Source: Vulcanimicrobiota bacterium
GTDB taxonomy: Bacteria > Vulcanimicrobiota > Vulcanimicrobiia > Vulcanimicrobiales > Vulcanimicrobiaceae
Direction of reading: 5' to 3'
NCBI GenBank assembly: GCA_963777315.1
Contig: CAVZQC010000004.1
Coordinates: 864,001 to 928,000, forward strand
Length of the DNA stretch: 64,000 nt
The notes beneath the pieces are model-generated. The model saw nothing but the letters and a program-made list of their open reading frames with translations, had not been told where the DNA came from and did no database searches. The position numbers and the translations under genes were made by a program. The first letter of the stretch is position 1; the number at the start of each line of letters is the position of its first letter. This document shows, one piece after another, positions 57,705 to 64,000 of the stretch.

Positions 57705-60700
57705 TCACAATGATACAACGGGGGCGCTGAAAAGACGATCGATCTCGTCGATATCTAGACGCAGCGGGGCCGTCGAGGTTTCCTCGAACAGACTGCTCGC
57801 CAGTGCGCCTTTGCGCTCTTGCAATTCGAGAATGCGTTCCTCCACCGTTCCTTCGGCAATCAGCTTGTACACGAAGACGTGATTGCTCTGGCCGATGCGG
57901 TGGGCGCGATCGGTCGCCTGGCGCTGGACTGCGGGGTTCCACCACGGATCGTAGTGGATCACCGTATCCGCGGCCGTGAGATTGAGACCGGTGCCGCCCG
58001 CGCGTAGGCTGATCAAAAAAAGCGGAACTTCTTTGCTTTGGAAGCGTTGCACCGGCACCTGGCGATCGCGCGTGTCGCCGCGCAGTTCCACAAACCTCAT
58101 TTGCCGTTTGGACAATTCCGGCTTCATCAAGTCGAGCATCGAGGTGAACTGAGAAAACAGCAGCACGCGCCGGCCGTCCTCGAGCAGACTGTCCAGCATG
58201 TCCAACAGCGCGTCGAGCTTCTGCGATTCCTTCACGCCTTCCGCGGCGGGAAGACGCACGAGACGCGGATCGCAGCACACCTGCCGCAGTTTGAGCAAAG
58301 CATCGAGCACGACGATGCGACTGCGCGCGAGACCTCGCCTTGCGACCTCGTCGCGCACGCGCTTGTGCATCGCCAGCCGAATCGTCTCGTACAGGTCGCG
58401 CTGCGCACCGGCCAGTTCGATGCGTTGCACGATCTCGGTCTTTTCGGGCAGATCGGCGGCCACGCGCTCTTTCGTGCGGCGCAGCAGAAACGGGCGCAGA
58501 CGCGCGGCGAGCGACGCGCGGCGCAGCGTATCACCTCGCTTTTCGATCGGCGTGCGAAACAGCCGGGCGAAGGCCGTGCGTTCGCCCAGCAGTCCCGGCA
58601 CGGCGAACGCGTAGATCGACCATAGTTCTTCCAAGTGATTTTCGATCGGCGTTCCGGTCATGGCAATCCGTTGACCGGCACGCAGCGCTCGCGCGGCGGC
58701 CGCGGCCTTGGCGCGGGGGTTCTTCACCGCCTGCGCTTCGTCGAGCACCGCGATCGACCACTCGCGTTCGAGCAGGTGTTCCGCGTCGCGCGGCAGCAGT
58801 GCGTACGTGCTCAGCACGATATCGGCGCCTTCGATTTGATCCACGCGCTGCGCGCGATCGGGTCCGGTCAGCGCGACGACGCGCAGTTTCGGCACGAATC
58901 GCGCGATCTCGGCGCGCCAGTTCGGCACGACGCTTGTCGGCGCAACGATGAGCACCGGCCGGCGCAAGCGTTGCGCGCTTTTTTCGGCCGCAACGTGCGC
59001 GAGCAGCTGCACGGTCTTTCCCAGGCCCATGTCGTCGGCTAAAACGCCGCCGAAACCATGTTTGCGCAGCACGCCAAGCCATGCGACGCCGTCGCGCTGG
59101 TATGGACGAAGCTCCGATTTGAAGGTTGCGGGCGTTTGGAACGACGTGCCGTCGAGCGAGGATAGCTCGTCAAGCAGCCGGTGCAGCGAATCGGCGGCTG
59201 CACCGCCCAACTGGACGGCTCCGTCCAAGTTTGCCAACGTGCCGGCCTGCACGCGAGCGATCGGCAAGCGGCCTTCTTCCGTCAGCGCGTCGCGGCCGAA
59301 GAGATCGACGAGCGCGGCTAACACGCGGCTGACGCGAGCGGCCGGCAGCGCCAAATATTTTCCGTTCGGAAGCTTGCCGTACACCGGCTCCGCGCGCTGC
59401 GAAAGTTCGGCGAGATCGCTTCCCGGACCGATGCCCTCGGCGGCAATGGCTGCAATGATGATCGGCAGCAACGCCACCCGCTCACCGTGCAGATCGATCC
59501 CGAGATCGAACTCGAACCAGGATAATTCGGTCTCGTGCAGATCCGCCTGCCACTCCCGATCGGCCTGCTCGACTTCGAACGGAAAGCTGTCGTCGATTTC
59601 GATGCGCCAACCGCCTTGGCGCAGCTGCGGCATCGCCGCGTCGAGAAAGCGCAGCCACGCCAGATCGCCGTCGGCACGTGGCCGCAACAAGAAGCGCCCA
59701 CGGCCCTCGAATTGCTGTGGCCATCCGGCCGGCACGAAGTCCAACTCTTCCATGCGCGCCCGCACGCCGCTCTCGAACGCAATCCTGCGCGGCCAGATAG
59801 CGGCAGTTTCACCCTCGTACACGTGCAGCGCGCGATCGTCTTGGCCGGGATAAACCAGCCGATCGCCGTAGGCGAACTGTAACTCGGCCGTCGGGGACGA
59901 GCCGCTCAAACGCAGCACCGGAATGGGATCGCGATCGATCACATGCTCTTCGATGGCGGCTTTCGGCAGTTCGATTCCGGAACCCGAAAATGCGCCTCGC
60001 AAAAATATCTGCGTTCGTTTGGCCTGCTCCGCGGTGAGCGCCGGCACCGTGGCCACGTGCGCGGCAAGCTCCGGAGTTGCGCCGACGCGTGCCGGACCGG
60101 CCGATCTCGCCAGCGTGTCGACGTACCAAAGCGGCGATGACGGAATGAGCACGCTCGCGGGCAGGCCGTCCAGCTGCGGCCGTTGACGATCGTCTTCTCC
60201 CAGCCGCCATGCGATGCGAGCGTCCGCGAGGGCGCGACGTTCGAGCGGGGCCTGCGTCATCGACCGCCAGTGCAGCCTTCCGGTGTCGATCATCAGTTCC
60301 AGCAGCGTTCCGAGGATGACGGGCGAGACGTTGCCGAGGCCGCCGAGCAGGCCGCTTGCGTTGACTAAACGGCCGATCGTGCGATCGACCGGAGTGGTGC
60401 GCCTGGCATTGCCGGTTGCCAAGTTGTACAGGTCGAAACGGCGCGATGTTCCGGGGCTGCCGTTTTGCAGCATCGGCACGACGTAAGCGCTCAACTCAAA
60501 ATGCGGCACGTAATACCGCTCGGTCACGTCGATAACGTAGTGTACGTTTTCGCGTGACGCCCTGGGCGCGACGCAGGTCTGCAGCGCAGCGAAGGTTTGC
60601 GCCCAACTGTCCACGGCTCCGTCGGCGGCATCACGTTGCGGCTCGCTGCGCCCCCCGTATATGATCGCGAGCGCGACCGCGGCCGCGTGCTTGCAACGCA

Positions 60701-60926
60701 TGCCCACCGGGCACGAACATTCGCCGACGATGATCTTGCGGCTCAGCCGCTCCTGCATGCGCAGCTTTACATGGTAAGGCGCTCGCCGAGAGCCGACGAC
60801 CTCGGCTTGGACCACGCTACCGTCGTCGCGCACGCCGACGACGCGCCTGCGATTGAAATACTCCAGCCCGCGCTCAAGCGTGGTCGAATCGAAAGAAGCG
60901 CGAATATCTGCGTGATCGATCTGCAT
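57705..60926 (-). CDS. SWIM-domain SNF2/DEAD-box helicase
   Basis: CSCP...CKH SWIM; LRPYQ, LADDMGLGKT, DEAQ, TGTPIEN, DPWWNPA, DRAHRIGQ; start uncertain. Confidence 0.93.
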   Translation of the reverse strand: MQIDHADIRASFDSTTLERGLEYFNRRRVVGVRDDGSVVQAEVVGSRRAPYHVKLRMQERLSRKIIVGECSCPVGMRCKHAAAVALAIIYGGRSEPQRDAADGAVDSWAQTFAALQTCVAPRASRENVHYVIDVTERYYVPHFELSAYVVPMLQNGSPGTSRRFDLYNLATGNARRTTPVDRTIGRLVNASGLLGGLGNVSPVILGTLLELMIDTGRLHWRSMTQAPLERRALADARIAWRLGEDDRQRPQLDGLPASVLIPSSPLWYVDTLARSAGPARVGATPELAAHVATVPALTAEQAKRTQIFLRGAFSGSGIELPKAAIEEHVIDRDPIPVLRLSGSSPTAELQFAYGDRLVYPGQDDRALHVYEGETAAIWPRRIAFESGVRARMEELDFVPAGWPQQFEGRGRFLLRPRADGDLAWLRFLDAAMPQLRQGGWRIEIDDSFPFEVEQADREWQADLHETELSWFEFDLGIDLHGERVALLPIIIAAIAAEGIGPGSDLAELSQRAEPVYGKLPNGKYLALPAARVSRVLAALVDLFGRDALTEEGRLPIARVQAGTLANLDGAVQLGGAAADSLHRLLDELSSLDGTSFQTPATFKSELRPYQRDGVAWLGVLRKHGFGGVLADDMGLGKTVQLLAHVAAEKSAQRLRRPVLIVAPTSVVPNWRAEIARFVPKLRVVALTGPDRAQRVDQIEGADIVLSTYALLPRDAEHLLEREWSIAVLDEAQAVKNPRAKAAAAARALRAGQRIAMTGTPIENHLEELWSIYAFAVPGLLGERTAFARLFRTPIEKRGDTLRRASLAARLRPFLLRRTKERVAADLPEKTEIVQRIELAGAQRDLYETIRLAMHKRVRDEVARRGLARSRIVVLDALLKLRQVCCDPRLVRLPAAEGVKESQKLDALLDMLDSLLEDGRRVLLFSQFTSMLDLMKPELSKRQMRFVELRGDTRDRQVPVQRFQSKEVPLFLISLRAGGTGLNLTAADTVIHYDPWWNPAVQRQATDRAHRIGQSNHVFVYKLIAEGTVEERILELQERKGALASSLFEETSTAPLRLDIDEIDRLFSAPVVSL

Positions 60927-61116
60927 CGGCAAAACCGCCCCTTTTCCCCGAGCCGTCGCTGCGCACCCGCAGTCCACTGCTTGCAAATGCTGCGCACGCA
61001 TCAGGTGCGCGCTGCTCATCAACGCAAATGCAGCCCATCAAAGCAAGGGAGCCTTCCGTCGCGAAATTTCGGAGCGCAAGTTTTCGTTTCTAGGCTCGAG
61101 AGGAACATAGAACAGC

Positions 61117-62004
61117 ATGAACCGGCTCCTGGGCGTCCTAATCTCCGCACTCCTGGCGCTGACCTGCGTCGCACCTGCCTGCGCGTACACCGATGAAGAG
61201 CAGCAGGAGCTGCAGATCGGACAGCAAGTGTACCAGCAGCTTTCGCAAAAGGGCGAAATCATTCATAGCTCGCCCTACTATACGACGCTCGACTCTATAG
61301 CGGCCCGCGTTACGCCGGTAGCCGATAAAAAATACTTTACGCCCTTCCATTTCATTCTGGTCCATGAGAGCCAGCCCAACGCGTTCGCGGTTCCCGGAGG
61401 AAACGTTTACGTGACCGACTCGATGATGACGTTCGTGAAAAACAAGGAAGAACTCGCCGGTGTGCTCTGCCACGAAGTTTCGCACGACATTCATCACGAC
61501 GTCTACAATCTGTACGTAAAAGATCAGCGTTTATCGCTCTATGCAACGGGCTTGTCGCTGCTGCTGGGCGGCGGACGCAGCCAACTGGCAAACACGATCA
61601 TCGGTTTTGCGGCAAACGTTCAGGCGCTGCATTTTTCCCGCGACGTCGAGCACAACGCCGATGCAACGGGAGCCTACGTCTGTGCCCAATCCGGCATCAC
61701 GCCGTACGGCATGATTTGGCTCATGCAGCAGTTCGAGGCCAATCCGACTGCCAGTCCCCCTGAGTTCCTTTCCGATCACCCCAGCGACAGCCACCGCGTC
61801 GAAGCGCTCAAGAACGAGTTTGCTTCGGATCCGTCGACGTTTTCCAGATTCAACTCCAACATCGCATGCTCGACGCCTACGGGCATCGCGGGTTGGAACG
61901 ATCAATACAAGGGCGGCTGCGGCCGCCGGCAAGCTGCTCCGGTGCATAAAACCGCCGACCGAAGCCCGCGCTGCCCGGCGAACTGGAAGTTCTGCACTAA
62001 GTGA
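61117..62004 (+). CDS. M48 family metallopeptidase (secreted)
   Basis: PNAFAVPGG, HEVSH, SR..E..AD, LSDHP. Confidence 0.9.
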   Translation: MNRLLGVLISALLALTCVAPACAYTDEEQQELQIGQQVYQQLSQKGEIIHSSPYYTTLDSIAARVTPVADKKYFTPFHFILVHESQPNAFAVPGGNVYVTDSMMTFVKNKEELAGVLCHEVSHDIHHDVYNLYVKDQRLSLYATGLSLLLGGGRSQLANTIIGFAANVQALHFSRDVEHNADATGAYVCAQSGITPYGMIWLMQQFEANPTASPPEFLSDHPSDSHRVEALKNEFASDPSTFSRFNSNIACSTPTGIAGWNDQYKGGCGRRQAAPVHKTADRSPRCPANWKFCTK

Positions 62005-62980
62005 TGCGGTCGTTGAGCGTTTTGAGCAGCTTGACGATTGCCCAGGAGCCACGCTTAAAATCCGAGCACAGGGATCGAACGATCTCGCCTTTGCGTTTGC
62101 CTTGTTCTGCCAGTATGCGATACCGTTGAACGAGCGCGTCGATTTCGCCGTCGCTCCACGGCTTGCGCGCATTTTCAACGCGATGCTCGCGCAAGGGCGT
62201 GCGCAGCAACGGCAGAAGCTCGCCCGGCTGCACTGACGCGATGACCGGCACGCGGCTCGCAAACGTCGCGGTCGAGAGTTCGAAACCCACGAAGCGGCGA
62301 TTCATGCCGATGGCGACGATTGCCGTCGATCCGCCTCCCATGAAGAAATCGCAGACGAGGTCGCCCTGGTTGCTGGAGTACTGCAGCAGTTTCTTGAGCA
62401 ATTCTTTGGGAAGCTCGTTCTTGTTCTTTTCCCGTCCGGGCTTGTACTCGCGATTGACGACGAACACGTCTTCGCGGTCGCGGTAGTTCTCGCTTCCGCC
62501 GCCGCGGGGCGACTCATCGGTGGCGTACCGCGACTGCAGGTTGAACGTGCGCCGGCCTCCGGGCTTCTCGTAGTATAAAATGTGATAGTGCGACGACACG
62601 AATTTCCTGCTGGTAAAGACGCCGAAGTTGAACTTCCAGATCAGATGGTTCACTTCGTGAAGTGCAGCCGTGCGCAGCGCGCCGAGCACGTCGTACAAGT
62701 TGGTGTACCCCGACACGATGTAGATGCTGCCGCCGGGGCGAAGGACGCGCTGCGCCTGCCCAATCCACGCGCGCGTAAACTCGGCGTATGCCGTCGCCGG
62801 GACCTCGATGTACCCGTCGACGACGAAACGCTCGTCGCGGTTGTAATGGCGATGCAGCCGGTCGCCCTCGATACCGTACGGGGGATCCGTGACGATGAGA
62901 TCGACGGAGTCGTCCGCGAGGTGCTCTACTGCTCCGCCGATCGCATCGATGTTGTAAAAGCGGTTTCCACGAACGTTCAC
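61997..62980 (-). CDS. N4/N6 DNA methyltransferase, beta class (orphan)
   Basis: DPPY precedes DFFMGGGST; start uncertain. Confidence 0.88.
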   Translation of the reverse strand: MNVRGNRFYNIDAIGGAVEHLADDSVDLIVTDPPYGIEGDRLHRHYNRDERFVVDGYIEVPATAYAEFTRAWIGQAQRVLRPGGSIYIVSGYTNLYDVLGALRTAALHEVNHLIWKFNFGVFTSRKFVSSHYHILYYEKPGGRRTFNLQSRYATDESPRGGGSENYRDREDVFVVNREYKPGREKNKNELPKELLKKLLQYSSNQGDLVCDFFMGGGSTAIVAIGMNRRFVGFELSTATFASRVPVIASVQPGELLPLLRTPLREHRVENARKPWSDGEIDALVQRYRILAEQGKRKGEIVRSLCSDFKRGSWAIVKLLKTLNDRIT

Positions 62981-63042
62981 ACCACGTACTATAACACGGC
63001 TTCGCAAAAGGTCAGCCCGCCGTTTCGAGATAATGGTACGGC

Positions 63043-64000
63043 ATGAATGCATTGCTGTTCGCGGGGATGCTGGCGCTGAATACCGCACCCGGGGCGCAAC
63101 GACCGCCCGACGGAACGTACGCGTACTCGCTCGTTCAGAACGGGCGCGCAATGGGAACGAGCGAAGTGGTATTCAAGACGCAATGGCCGACGCTTACGGT
63201 GCAGGAACGTGCAACGATTGGGTCGCTGCAGGTGACCACGAACACGTCGCTGGATGCCGCAACTCTTCGCGAGCTCTCGTACGACGGCTTTTCTCCGCAG
63301 CAAGGCTCGTTCGCGGTCAGCTTTGCAGGAGACGTCGCCACCTTGCACTCCGGCAGCGTGATGCTGCCGCTCAAAGCCGTTGCGGGTTCACCGACGCTCG
63401 TCGTGGGCGATGGTTTGGTTTCGAGTTACGCGATCTTGCCGGCGCTGGTGCACGCGACCGGGGTCAAAAGCTTTACGCTCGCGGCGCTCAACGGAGCCAA
63501 GGCGTTGCCTGTAATGGTTGGAACGGCAACGGGCAAATATGCGGGCGATGCGGGCATGACTGTGACGTTCGGCGGTGCAACGGCCACGCTGTGGTACGAT
63601 CCGGCGACGTACGTGCTCGACCGCGTCGACAATCCGACGAGCGGCGTGCAGATTCGCTTAACGTCGCATAGCGCCGGCGCGCGGATCGCCCCGACACCGA
63701 GTCCTGCGCCGACGGCGACGCCGGTGCCGCTTGCGCCCGCGCGCTACACGAGCCGCGACGTGACGTTCCCCGCCGCCGGCGGAGCGCAAATCGCCGGCGT
63801 GCTGACTATACCGTCGCGCTCGGCAAGGCCGCTGCCCACGATCGTCATGGCGCCGGGAAGCGGCCCTCAGGACCGCGACGAAACGATCGGGCCGAACAAG
63901 ATTTTTCTGCAGCTTGCCAATGCATTGTCCAACCACGGGTACGCCGTGCTCCGCTACGACAAGCGCGGCATCGGCAAAAGCATCGGCACCGACGCGGATC
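63043..64000 (+). CDS. secreted alpha/beta hydrolase (truncated by window edge; absent from ORF track)
   Basis: My translation from ATG 63043: signal-like N-terminus, then GSGPQDRDETIGPNK and LRYDKRGIG in the same frame. Confidence 0.8.
   Translation, partial: MNALLFAGMLALNTAPGAQRPPDGTYAYSLVQNGRAMGTSEVVFKTQWPTLTVQERATIGSLQVTTNTSLDAATLRELSYDGFSPQQGSFAVSFAGDVATLHSGSVMLPLKAVAGSPTLVVGDGLVSSYAILPALVHATGVKSFTLAALNGAKALPVMVGTATGKYAGDAGMTVTFGGATATLWYDPATYVLDRVDNPTSGVQIRLTSHSAGARIAPTPSPAPTATPVPLAPARYTSRDVTFPAAGGAQIAGVLTIPSRSARPLPTIVMAPGSGPQDRDETIGPNKIFLQLANALSNHGYAVLRYDKRGIGKSIGTDAD

Noticed and set aside
57705..62980. SNF2 helicase plus methyltransferase as a BREX/DISARM/restriction defence locus
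   Set aside because: Separated by an oppositely oriented M48 peptidase; no nuclease or other defence components; SWIM-SNF2 is commonly stand-alone

Overview
GC-rich, densely coding bacterial chromosome segment of about 58 genes. Pro/Thr-rich secreted proteins and the general gene content suggest a soil Terrabacteria lineage such as Eremiobacterota/Vulcanimicrobiota (inference only). It carries housekeeping genes (thrS, tsaD, purM, GNAT-purN, pepA), transporters, a MacAB-like ABC efflux plus two-component operon, and a sugar/stress oxidoreductase operon with two frameshifted genes. It also has a complete actinobacterial-type cytochrome bcc-aa3 cluster in two divergent operons, an IS5 element with terminal repeats and a 4-bp target duplication, a SWIM-SNF2 helicase and an orphan DNA methyltransferase. 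The most unusual region is a tightly coupled 7-gene minus-strand operon (36706-43732): a PqqD/RRE protein with a leader/core-like C-terminal tail, an HPr-kinase-like kinase, two GT2 glycosyltransferases, a lasso-B2-type peptidase, a nucleotidyltransferase and a flippase fused to a uronate-dehydrogenase-like domain. No lasso cyclase is present. This is a candidate undescribed RiPP-like phospho/glyco-peptide or peptide-primed glycan system. I saw no rRNA, intact tRNA or CRISPR array. All product calls rest on motif recognition by eye, not database searches.
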